The notes: generated by a model not told the origin, from the letters alone. A DNA stretch of 64,000 nucleotides from an uncultured Actinomycetota bacterium (GCA_963709785.1 CAVPXT010000007.1:137613-201612); one strand, 5' to 3'. Positions 28,133-35,813 are shown, counted from the first letter of the stretch. Made by a program: numbers and translations.

Positions 28133-28840
28133 TCAGGACCGGATGAGGCGGACCCCGGTCACGAGCAGCCAGACGAGCCAGAGGGCGAACCCGAGGAGGC
28201 CGACGAAGAGCAGCGGGGAGCCGCCGGCCACCGCGAGGCTGCCGACACCCGCGGCCAGCATCAGACCGCCACCGACCAGGCCGAGCAGGCGCTGCCAGGG
28301 CGGGGTGAGCCCGCTGGCGTGCGCGGCGAGAGCCATGGCGACCGTGGTGGCGCCGAGCATCGGCAGCACGAGCGCGAAGGCGGCGGCATGGACGTGCCAG
28401 ACGAGCTCGAACTCCGGCGCCGCCCCGGTGAGCCCGCCGGCAGACAGGGCCAGCCCCATCTGCAGGACGTTGACGAGCACGAAGACGGCCGACACCGCCG
28501 CTCCGGCGGCCACGGCGAGACGCGACCAGAGGGCGCCCGCTCCGCCCCGCCGCTCGACGAGGTCCTGCAGGCCCGTCACGAGCACGAGCAGCAGCGGCAG
28601 GTACACGGCCACCACCCCCGACGCGATCGCGACCGCACGGTGGTGGCCCGCGTAGTAGGTCAGGACCTCGTCGACCGGCGCGTCGTAGCCCGGTGCGCCC
28701 GTCGCCGCCAGCACCACGTTCTCCGTGAGCACCGCCACCGCCACGGCGATCGCCGCGGCACCGACCAGCCGGCCACGGTCGGACCGGCTGGAGGAGCGTG
28801 TGGGCGCCTGCGTGGGGGTGGTGCTCCGGGGTGGTGTCAT
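28133..28840 (-). CDS. hypothetical integral membrane protein
   Basis: ATG at 28840 (MTPPRSTT...). 5-6 hydrophobic helices. The upstream part of ORF 28133..29374 is Arg/Pro-rich artefact. Confidence 0.6.
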   Translation of the reverse strand: MTPPRSTTPTQAPTRSSSRSDRGRLVGAAAIAVAVAVLTENVVLAATGAPGYDAPVDEVLTYYAGHHRAVAIASGVVAVYLPLLLVLVTGLQDLVERRGGAGALWSRLAVAAGAAVSAVFVLVNVLQMGLALSAGGLTGAAPEFELVWHVHAAAFALVLPMLGATTVAMALAAHASGLTPPWQRLLGLVGGGLMLAAGVGSLAVAGGSPLLFVGLLGFALWLVWLLVTGVRLIRS

Positions 28841-28883
28841 GGTCGGACTCCTTCGAGGCTGAGCGGGGTGTCGACGAGCGCGG

Positions 28884-29732
28884 TCAGCCGCCGAGGGACG
28901 CGACGAGGGCAGGGGCGGGGTGGACCCACGTGCTCGCGTTGGCGAGGGCGAGCAGGAGGAAGAGGCCCCCGGCGGCGCCGTACAGGCCGCTCCGCAGGAG
29001 CCACGTCGGCTGCGACGCCCCACCCTGTCCACGGGCCCGCCACCGGCGCCACCCCGCACGGACGGCCAGGGCCGTGAGCACCCCGCCGGTGACTGCCGCG
29101 AGCACCGCGAACACGGCGTGGTAGCGGGTGAAGTCGCCGAGGAGCGCACCGGCGACGCCGCCGACGGACGAGGGCGAGCCGGCGTCCACCGCGCTCCGCA
29201 GGTCCTCCAGCACGCCCCCCAGCTCGCCGGACCCGCCAGGGGGCAGGAAGGAGGCCACGGACGCGAAGGGGGCGGCCGCTCCCTGCAGGTTGGCGAGCAG
29301 GAGGGTGAGCGCACCGAGGAGCCACACGACCGCCCCGGCGTGGGCCGACCGCAGCAGCCACCGACGCCGGCCACGACCGGTGGCCTCCGCCCGCCGGCGC
29401 ACCGACGACACGACGCCGACGAGGACGACGACGAGGACGCCGGCGACCACCGCCTTGACGAGGTGGAACTCCCGCCACACGGCGGTCAGCTCGGCCAGTG
29501 CCGCCGAGTCGGCGACGGGGGCCGAGAGGTCGGCACCGACGAAGGCCGACTCGGACGCAGACCTCACGGCAGCCTCGCTGCTGAGGCCGCGCAGGGCTAC
29601 GAGACCCGCCGGGACGAGGAAGACCGCGGCCGTCAGGAGGACCGCCGACCCTCCCAGGAGGCGGTGGCGCCTCGCCACGGTGACGGGCGGGGCAGCGGAT
29701 GGCGGCACGGCGGTCACTCGAGGTCCTCTCAC
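28884..29732 (-). CDS. hypothetical integral membrane protein
   Basis: 282-aa ORF with 4-5 TM segments, divergent from the TetR gene. Confidence 0.6.
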   Translation of the reverse strand: MRGPRVTAVPPSAAPPVTVARRHRLLGGSAVLLTAAVFLVPAGLVALRGLSSEAAVRSASESAFVGADLSAPVADSAALAELTAVWREFHLVKAVVAGVLVVVLVGVVSSVRRRAEATGRGRRRWLLRSAHAGAVVWLLGALTLLLANLQGAAAPFASVASFLPPGGSGELGGVLEDLRSAVDAGSPSSVGGVAGALLGDFTRYHAVFAVLAAVTGGVLTALAVRAGWRRWRARGQGGASQPTWLLRSGLYGAAGGLFLLLALANASTWVHPAPALVASLGG

Positions 29733-29739
29733 GGCATTC

Positions 29740-29772
29740 TTACGGTGTAAAGCACGTTATCTTACGGCGTAA
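29740..29772. promoter_or_regulatory. two TTAC-N3-GTAA palindromes (TTACGGTGTAA, TTACGGCGTAA), putative TetR operator
   Basis: AT-richer island in the 72-bp divergent region. Repeats start 22 bp apart. Confidence 0.5.
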
Positions 29773-29804
29773 AGGAGAGCACGCGCCAGCACCGGGAGTC
29801 AGGG

Positions 29805-30446
29805 ATGAACCAGGGAGGACCCGCAGCCCGCGGTTCCCTGACGGTCCAGCGGATCCTCGAGGAGGCCATCACGCTCGCCGACGGCCACGGGCTCGCGGGA
29901 CTGTCCATGCGAGCCCTGGGCAGACGCCTCGGCGTCGAGGCCATGGCGGTCTACCACCACGTCGCGAACAAGGAGGCCCTGCTCGACGCCCTCGTCGACG
30001 AGGTCTTCCGCGAGATCGCGCTGCCCGAGGGCGAGGACTGGCGGGTCGGGCTGCGCACGAGGTCGGTGTCGGAGCGCCTCGTCCTGCGTCGGCACCCCTG
30101 GGCCATCGGCCTCGTCGAGTCCCGCACCGCGCCGGGCCCGATCACCCTCTCCCACCAGGACCACGTCATCGGCTACCTGCGCGCCGGCGGCTTCGGCGTC
30201 CGGGCGGCGGCCCAGGCACTCGCCTTCCTCGATGCCTACGTCTACGGCTTCGTCCTCCAGGAGCTGGCCCTGCCCTCGGACCCCACCCCGGTCGTCGAGA
30301 CGGTGCGCCACCACGCGGGCCCGAGCCCCTACCCCAACCTCGAGGCCGTCATCACCGAGGTCGTCGAGGCCGGGTACGACTTCGCCGAGGAGTTCGACGT
30401 CGGGCTCGAGCTGCTCCTCGACGGCATCGGGGCACTCCGCGGCTGA
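29805..30446 (+). CDS. TetR-family transcriptional regulator
   Basis: HTH LAGLSMRALGRRLGVEAMAVYHHVANKEALLDAL and a TetR_C-type C-terminus. Confidence 0.9.
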   Translation: MNQGGPAARGSLTVQRILEEAITLADGHGLAGLSMRALGRRLGVEAMAVYHHVANKEALLDALVDEVFREIALPEGEDWRVGLRTRSVSERLVLRRHPWAIGLVESRTAPGPITLSHQDHVIGYLRAGGFGVRAAAQALAFLDAYVYGFVLQELALPSDPTPVVETVRHHAGPSPYPNLEAVITEVVEAGYDFAEEFDVGLELLLDGIGALRG

Positions 30447-30507
30447 GCCCGCCGGACACGACGACGCCGCGCCACCCGGGGGTGGCGCGGCGTCGAGGCC
30501 GGTCGCG

Positions 30508-30669
30508 TCAGCGGCCGAAGAGCTTGGAGAAGAAGCCGGTGCTCGGCTCGCCCTCGTGGCCGGCGCAGCGGTTCGCCGACGGGACGCCGCGCATCACCTG
30601 GTCGACGTGCTGGCCGCATCCGGCCCAGGTCGTCTTGCCGCACTTGCGGCAGTTCACGGCTCGGCACAT
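30508..30669 (-). CDS. small Cys-rich protein (53 aa), not in ORF track
   Basis: My reverse translation gives MCRAVNCRKCGKTTWAGCGQHVDQVMRGVPSANRCAGHEGEPSTGFFSKLFGR with no internal stop. Five Cys arranged CxxxxCxxC...C...C, and a perfect operator 45 bp upstream. Confidence 0.6.
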   Translation of the reverse strand: MCRAVNCRKCGKTTWAGCGQHVDQVMRGVPSANRCAGHEGEPSTGFFSKLFGR

Positions 30670-30713
30670 GGGTGGGTACTCCTCGGGAAACGGGAACTGG
30701 GTCGCGGAGAAGC

Positions 30714-30729
30714 ATACCCCATGGGGTAT
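30714..30729. promoter_or_regulatory. CsoR/CstR-type operator palindrome ATACCCCATGGGGTAT (site 6 of 8, perfect)
   Basis: Perfect 16-bp palindrome abutting the stop of the methyltransferase gene, upstream of the small Cys-rich gene. Confidence 0.65.
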
Positions 30730-31353
30730 CTAGTCGGCGAGTCGCCGGAGGACGACGACGGTGTCGAGCGCCGGGCGGTCCGCACCCTCGACGGCCCGCT
30801 CGCGCAGCTCGGCGGAGAGGACCTCGACCGGCAGACCGGCCGCCGAGGCGACGACGGCGTCGGGGTCGTGGAGCACGGCGGGGTCCTGCGGGCCGCCCAC
30901 GCCCTCGGCGAGGTTGCGCTCGGCGTGGCAGACGACGAGCACCGTGCCACCGGGCGCCGCGGCGGCGACACCGCGGGAGAGGGCGGTGGACCAGTCGGCG
31001 TACGGGAGCTGGAGGTAGGCGAAGAGGACGAGGTCGTAGCCGGCGGCGCCCTCGGGGGGCACGGCGGGCTCCAGCGCGTTCGCGACGACCGCGCGGAAGG
31101 GGCCGGAGCCGTCACCGAGCCGGGTGGCCGCGATCTCGCGGGCCCGCCCCACGGCGACCGGGGAGAAGTCGGCCGAGGTGGCGTCCCAGCCGCGCTCGGC
31201 GAGCCAGAGGGCGTTGCGCCCCTCGCCCGCGGCGACGTCCAGGGCCCGGCCGGGGGCCAACGGGCCCGCCACCTCCGCGACGAAGACGTTCGGGGTGCTC
31301 GACCACACGAGGTCGGCGCCGGAGTAGCGCTCGTCCCAGGCGGAGGAGTCCAT
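30730..31353 (-). CDS. class I SAM-dependent methyltransferase (TehB-like)
   Basis: MDSSAWDERYSG...ALDVAAGEGRNALWLAERGWDATSADFS. ATG at 31353 shares 1 nt with the repressor stop. Confidence 0.8.
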   Translation of the reverse strand: MDSSAWDERYSGADLVWSSTPNVFVAEVAGPLAPGRALDVAAGEGRNALWLAERGWDATSADFSPVAVGRAREIAATRLGDGSGPFRAVVANALEPAVPPEGAAGYDLVLFAYLQLPYADWSTALSRGVAAAAPGGTVLVVCHAERNLAEGVGGPQDPAVLHDPDAVVASAAGLPVEVLSAELRERAVEGADRPALDTVVVLRRLAD

Positions 31354-31697
31354 CAGGCGAGGGAGAGGAAGAGCTTCTCCATCGACTCGACGTCCATGGA
31401 GCCGGCCTCGGGGTTGGTGATGCACTGGCGCAGGCCGAGTGCGATGACCGCGAACCCGGCCCGGTCGAGGGCCTTGGAGACCGCCGCCAGCTGGGTGACG
31501 ATGTCCTGGCACTCGCGGCCGTCCTCGATCATCTTGAGGATCCCGCCGATCTGCCCCTGGGCCCGCTTGAGCCGCTTGACCACGGCCTGCATCTCGGTGG
31601 GGTCGAGCTCCATCGCGGGGCCTCCTGGGAGAACGGTCGGGGACGCGACGATGGTACCCGTGGCGGTATCGGTCGGAGTGCTGCTGGTGCTGCTCAC
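31353..31697 (-). CDS. CsoR/RcnR/FrmR (DUF156) family repressor, CstR-like Cys-x-Cys fingerprint
   Basis: VVKRLKRAQGQIGGILKMIEDGRECQDIVTQLAAVSKALDRAGFAVIALGLRQCI. Has the two family Cys, but Gly at the position 4 residues before the second Cys, where Cu-sensing CsoR has His. May start at the internal ATG (MELDPTEM). Confidence 0.85.
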   Translation of the reverse strand: MSSTSSTPTDTATGTIVASPTVLPGGPAMELDPTEMQAVVKRLKRAQGQIGGILKMIEDGRECQDIVTQLAAVSKALDRAGFAVIALGLRQCITNPEAGSMDVESMEKLFLSLA

Positions 31698-31708
31698 GGC
31701 ATGTCCTC

Positions 31709-32029
31709 TCAGGCGGCGTGGGGGCCCGCGACGACCGCGTGCCCGGCGGTGAGCCAGGCGGCGGTCCCGCCCTCGACGTTGAGCGCCTCGTAGCCGAGGC
31801 CGCTCAACAGGTCGGTGACGGCGCGGCTGCGGTTGCCGCTCTGGCAGATGACGTGGACGGGACGGCCCTTCGGCAGGTCGCCGAGCACCGTGGTGACGCG
31901 GGAGAGCGGCGCGAGCACGGCCCCGGGCACGTGGCCCCGGACGTACTCGGCCGGCTCACGGACGTCGAGGACGAAGGCGCCGTCGGCGTGGCGTGCGGCG
32001 AGGGTGGTGATGTCGATCGTGCGAGTCAT
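31709..32029 (-). CDS. single-domain rhodanese sulfurtransferase
   Basis: VLDVREPAEYVRGHVPGAV ... VICQSGNRS active-site loop. 106 aa. Confidence 0.9.
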   Translation of the reverse strand: MTRTIDITTLAARHADGAFVLDVREPAEYVRGHVPGAVLAPLSRVTTVLGDLPKGRPVHVICQSGNRSRAVTDLLSGLGYEALNVEGGTAAWLTAGHAVVAGPHAA

Positions 32030-32038
32030 GACGGCACC

Positions 32039-32054
32039 ATACCCCGGGGGGTAT
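32039..32054. promoter_or_regulatory. CsoR/CstR-type operator-like palindrome ATACCCCGGGGGGTAT (site 7 of 8)
   Basis: Only 9 nt upstream of the rhodanese start. Embedded in the longer near-palindrome GGCACCATACCCCGGGGGGTATGGTGCC. Confidence 0.6.
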
Positions 32055-32077
32055 GGTGCCGTCCACGCAGCAACCGG

Positions 32078-32440
32078 TCAGCCGGCCTGCGTGGCGACCT
32101 GGGCACGGACCTCGTCCATGTCGAGGGCCTTGATGCCGTCGACGACCTGCTCGAGCGCCGCGGGCGGCAGCGCGCCGGCCTGGCGGAAGACGAGGATGCC
32201 GTCGCGGAAGCCCATGAGCGTGGGGATCGAGGTGATCTGGGCGGCACCGGCGAGCGCCTGCTCGGCCTCGGTGTCGACCTTGCCGTGCACGACGTCGTCG
32301 TGCTTCTCGCTCGACTTCTCGTACGTGGGCGCGAACTGGCGACACGGACCGCACCAGGAGGCCCACCAGTCGACGAGCACGATGCCCTCGCCGGTGATGG
32401 TGTTCTCGAAGGTCTCGGCCGTGAGGTCCACGGTGGCCAT
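32078..32440 (-). CDS. thioredoxin
   Basis: ATG at 32440 with GAGGAG RBS. VLVDWWASWCGPCRQFAP active site. Confidence 0.9.
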   Translation of the reverse strand: MATVDLTAETFENTITGEGIVLVDWWASWCGPCRQFAPTYEKSSEKHDDVVHGKVDTEAEQALAGAAQITSIPTLMGFRDGILVFRQAGALPPAALEQVVDGIKALDMDEVRAQVATQAG

Positions 32441-32489
32441 GGTCAGCTCCTCAGATGTTCTCGGGTACTCGTTCGCGGATGACAACACG

Positions 32490-32505
32490 ATACCCCTATG
32501 GGTAT
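32490..32505. promoter_or_regulatory. CsoR/CstR-type operator-like palindrome ATACCCCTATGGGTAT (site 8 of 8)
   Basis: In the 103-bp divergent region between thioredoxin (start 32440) and the second MBL-rhodanese gene (start 32544). Confidence 0.6.
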
Positions 32506-32543
32506 ATTCCGGTCACCACCCGATCATGAGGAGAACACCCACG

Positions 32544-33887
32544 ATGGTCGAGATCATCCCCATCGACACCCCGTCCCTGGGCGACCGGAGCTACCTGGCC
32601 CACGACGGCGAGGTCGCCCTCGTCGTCGACCCGCAGCGCGACATCGACCGCATCGTCGCCCTCGCCGCCCGGGAGGAGGTCCGGATCACGCACGTCTTCG
32701 AGACGCACATCCACAACGACTACGTCACCGGTGGCCTCGCCCTGGCGCACCAGGTCGGCGCGGTCTACCACGTCAACGCCGAGGACCCCGTGAGCTACGA
32801 GCGGACCCCGACCCGCGACGGCGACGTCGTGCACGTCTCGCCGTCCATGAGCATGCGGGCCATCGCCACGCCCGGGCACACCTTCACCCACCTGTCCTAC
32901 GCGCTGTCCTGCTGCGAGGAGGAGGTCGGCGTGTTCACCGGCGGCTCCCTGCTCTTCGGCTCCACCGGCCGCCCGGACCTGCTCGGGCCGGACCACACCG
33001 ACGAGCTCGTCCACGCGCAGTACGCCTCCGCCCACCGGCTCGCCGACGCCCTCCCCGACGCCACCGCCGTCCTGCCGACCCACGGGTTCGGCAGCTTCTG
33101 CTCGGCCACCCAGTCCGACGCGACGGAGTCGACGATCGGCCGGGAGCGAGAGTCCAACCCCGCCCTGACCCAGGCCGAGGAGGAGTGGGTCCGTGACCTG
33201 CTCGACGGCCTCGACGACTACCCCGCCTACTACGCCCACATGGGTCCGGCCAACCTCGCCGGCCCGGAGGCGCCCGACCTCGGCGCGCCCGAGCCGGCCG
33301 ACACGGCCGAGATCCGCCGGCGCATCGAGGCCGGGGAGTGGGTCGTCGACCTCCGCAACCGCACGGCGTTCTCCGCCGGCCACGTCCCCGGGACCTACAA
33401 CCTCGGCATCGACGGCCAGTTCTCGACGTACGTCGGCTGGCTCATGCCGTGGGGCGCCGACCTCACCCTGCTCGGCGACACCCCGGACCAGGTCGCCGAG
33501 GCCCGCCGCGAGCTCGTCCGCATCGGGATCGACGAGGTCGCCGGTGCCGCGTCGGGCAGCCCGCTGGACTGGACCGACGAGCGGCTCGCGACCCTGCCCC
33601 GCGCCAGCTTCGCCGAGCTCGCCGACGTCCTGCACCACCGGAGCGTGCAGATCCTCGACGTGCGCCGGGAGTCCGAGCACGCCGCCGGCCACATCGACGG
33701 CGCGCTGAACATCCCCATCCACGAGGTCCTCCGCCGTCTCGACGAGGTGCCGCAGGGCGAGGTCTGGGTGCACTGCGCCGGGGGCTACCGCGCCTCGGTC
33801 GTCGCGAGCATCCTCGCCGCGCACGGGCGCCGCGCCGTCGCCGTCGACGACGAGTTCGAGAAGGCGAGCGGCGTCGGCCTCACCTGA
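32544..33887 (+). CDS. MBL-fold persulfide-dioxygenase-like domain fused to rhodanese domains (second paralog)
   Basis: ATG at 32544 with GAGGAG RBS. FETHIHNDYVTGG MBL motif. C-terminal VWVHCAGGYRAS rhodanese loop. The upstream 243 codons of ORF 31815..33887 are antisense to trx/rhodanese. Confidence 0.85.
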   Translation: MVEIIPIDTPSLGDRSYLAHDGEVALVVDPQRDIDRIVALAAREEVRITHVFETHIHNDYVTGGLALAHQVGAVYHVNAEDPVSYERTPTRDGDVVHVSPSMSMRAIATPGHTFTHLSYALSCCEEEVGVFTGGSLLFGSTGRPDLLGPDHTDELVHAQYASAHRLADALPDATAVLPTHGFGSFCSATQSDATESTIGRERESNPALTQAEEEWVRDLLDGLDDYPAYYAHMGPANLAGPEAPDLGAPEPADTAEIRRRIEAGEWVVDLRNRTAFSAGHVPGTYNLGIDGQFSTYVGWLMPWGADLTLLGDTPDQVAEARRELVRIGIDEVAGAASGSPLDWTDERLATLPRASFAELADVLHHRSVQILDVRRESEHAAGHIDGALNIPIHEVLRRLDEVPQGEVWVHCAGGYRASVVASILAAHGRRAVAVDDEFEKASGVGLT

Positions 33888-33896
33888 GGTCCGCCT

Positions 33897-33938
33897 GCTT
33901 CACGAAGGCTTCACGAACGCCCCGCCCGTCGCTTCACG
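33897..33938. repeat. direct repeats GCTTCACGAAG / GCTTCACGAAC (tandem, 11-bp period) plus a third GCTTCACG 23 bp on
   Basis: Seen directly at 33897, 33908 and 33931, 56-97 bp upstream of the DUF2202 gene start. Confidence 0.4.
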
Positions 33939-33950
33939 GGCGGGGCGTTT
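33916..33950 (+). terminator. intrinsic terminator-like hairpin
   Basis: AACGCCCCGCCCG / 8-nt loop / CGGGCGGGGCGTT followed by T. Lies 29 nt after the stop at 33887. Confidence 0.6.
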
Positions 33951-33993
33951 GCTCTGTCACAGGAAGACATCCGAACCGACAGAGGTGAGCACC

Positions 33994-34713
33994 ATGACCA
34001 ACACACTCCGCACCACGATCGCCACGCTCGGCGTGGGAGCCCTGCTCGCGGGCGGCCTCGCCGCCTCCCAGGCGATGGGCGCCACCCCCGCGGACGCCCC
34101 CAGCCCGACGCCGACCACCGGCTCGACGGCGGGCACCGACCTCGCCCCGACGCTCGTCTTCGCGAGCGACGAGGAGCGGATGGCCCGCGACCTCTACGCC
34201 GCCATCGCCGGCCTCTACGACGGGGCCCGGCCGTTCAGCACGATCACGACCAGCGAGCAGCGCCACCTCGACGCCGTCGGGGCCCTGCTCGACCGCTACG
34301 GCGTGACCGACCCCGCCGACTCGCTGCCGGCCGGCGAGTACGCCGACCCCACGATCCAGGCCCTCTACGACGGCTGGCTCGCCCGGGCCCGGACCTCGCT
34401 CGACGAGGCCTACACCGTCGGCGTCGAGCTCGAGCAGCGCGACATCGCGGACCTGCAGGACTCGATCGCCGGGGACCTCCCGGCCGACGTCGACGCCACC
34501 CTGGCACGCCTGCTCGACGGGTCGCAGATGCACCTGCGGGCCTTCACCGCCGCGGCCGACGGGCAGGTCGCCGGCCCGAACCCCTCCGCCGGCACCCGCG
34601 GGTACGGGATGGCGGGCAACGGCCAGGGTCTCGGGCGGGGAGGCGCCGGCATGATGCGCGGCACCGTCGCCCAGGACGGCACCGGTCAGGACTGCCCGAT
34701 GGCCGAGGACTGA
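33994..34713 (+). CDS. secreted ferritin-like DUF2202 protein
   Basis: ATG at 33994. Signal peptide TIATLGVGALLAGGLAASQAMGA. EERMARDLY ... SEQRHLDAV ... VELEQRDIADL ... GSQMHLRAF four-helix di-iron-like pattern. Gly/Met-rich tail. Confidence 0.75.
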   Translation: MTNTLRTTIATLGVGALLAGGLAASQAMGATPADAPSPTPTTGSTAGTDLAPTLVFASDEERMARDLYAAIAGLYDGARPFSTITTSEQRHLDAVGALLDRYGVTDPADSLPAGEYADPTIQALYDGWLARARTSLDEAYTVGVELEQRDIADLQDSIAGDLPADVDATLARLLDGSQMHLRAFTAAADGQVAGPNPSAGTRGYGMAGNGQGLGRGGAGMMRGTVAQDGTGQDCPMAED

Positions 34714-35813
34714 CCCGCCACCGACGGGACCCGGACGGTGAACGTCGCCCCCCGGCCGGGCCCGTCGGACCGCGCCACGAGGTCGCCCCCGTGGGCACGG
34801 ACGATCCCCCGGGCGATCGTCAGCCCGATGCCCGAGCCGCCGTCGCCACCGTCGCGACGGCGGCTCGGCACGCGGTAGAAGCGCTCGAAGACCCGCTCGA
34901 GGTCCTGCGCCGCGAGCCCCTCGCCGGTGTCTGCCACCTCGAGGACGGCCCAGCCGCCGTGCCGGGCGACGCCCACCCGGATCGACCCGCCCGCCGGCGT
35001 CGCCCGCAGGGCGTTGCCGACGAGGTTGGTCACGACCTGCGCGAGGCGCTCGGGGTCGACGCGCGTGGGCACCGGAGCCGGGGCCTGGACCGCGAGCGTG
35101 ACCCCGGCGTCGTCGGCCTGGGGGCGCAGCCGGTCGACCGCCGTGCCGACGACCGAGGCCAGGTCGACATCGCGGGGCACGAGGGCGAGCCGGCCCTCCT
35201 CGGCGCGGGAGAGCGCGGAGAGGTCGTCCGAGAGCCGCCGCAGCCGGCGCACCTCGTCGCTGACCTTCCCGAGCTCGGCGGCGGTCGTGGGCAGCACCCC
35301 GTCGATCATCCCCTCGACGTAGCCGTCGACCACCGTGAGCGGGGTGCGCATCTCGTGCGCGACCTCGCCGAGCAGCCGGGTGCGCCGCGCCTCGGTCTCG
35401 CCGAGGGCGCGGCCCAGGGTGTTGACGTCGTCGGCGAGGGCCGCGAGCTCGGTCTCCCGGGGGCGGTCGACGTGCACGTCGTAGCGTCCGGCGGCGATCT
35501 GGCGGGTGGTCTCGCCCACCCGTCGCAGCGGCCGGACGAGGCGGGCCGCCGCGAGGGCCCCGAAGAGCCCCGCGGCGACGACCCCGACGACGAGCCCGAT
35601 CGCCACGGCCTGGGTCACCGCGTCCGCGACCTCGGTGCGCAGCGCACCCTGGGACCCCTGCCCCCGGCCCATCATCGACCCGTTCGCGGCCATCCCCATG
35701 GCCCGGTCGAAGATCACCGGGGTGAGGGCCCGCACGACGACGACGGTCGCGAGGCCGCCGAGCAGGGCGACGAGCAGGTGCGACACGACGAGGCGGGTGG
35801 CGAGGCGGTTCAT
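34686..35813 (-). CDS. sensor histidine kinase (HAMP-HisKA-HATPase)
   Basis: ATG at 35813 (MNRLATRLVV...). H-box VAHEMRTPLT, N/G boxes VGNALRAT and DTGEGL..GSGIGL. ATGA overlap with the response regulator stop. Confidence 0.9.
   Translation of the reverse strand: MNRLATRLVVSHLLVALLGGLATVVVVRALTPVIFDRAMGMAANGSMMGRGQGSQGALRTEVADAVTQAVAIGLVVGVVAAGLFGALAAARLVRPLRRVGETTRQIAAGRYDVHVDRPRETELAALADDVNTLGRALGETEARRTRLLGEVAHEMRTPLTVVDGYVEGMIDGVLPTTAAELGKVSDEVRRLRRLSDDLSALSRAEEGRLALVPRDVDLASVVGTAVDRLRPQADDAGVTLAVQAPAPVPTRVDPERLAQVVTNLVGNALRATPAGGSIRVGVARHGGWAVLEVADTGEGLAAQDLERVFERFYRVPSRRRDGGDGGSGIGLTIARGIVRAHGGDLVARSDGPGRGATFTVRVPSVAGQSSAIGQS

Noticed and set aside
31353-31697. Reading the DUF156 repressor and its palindromes as a copper (CsoR) regulon
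   Set aside because: There is no His at the copper-ligand position and no copA/copZ-type genes near any of the eight sites. All the neighbours are sulfur or thiol-redox genes.
31815-32543. N-terminal 243-codon extension of the second MBL-rhodanese ORF
   Set aside because: It overlaps thioredoxin and rhodanese on the opposite strand. An ATG at 32544 with a GAGGAG RBS starts the conserved MVEIIPID N-terminus.
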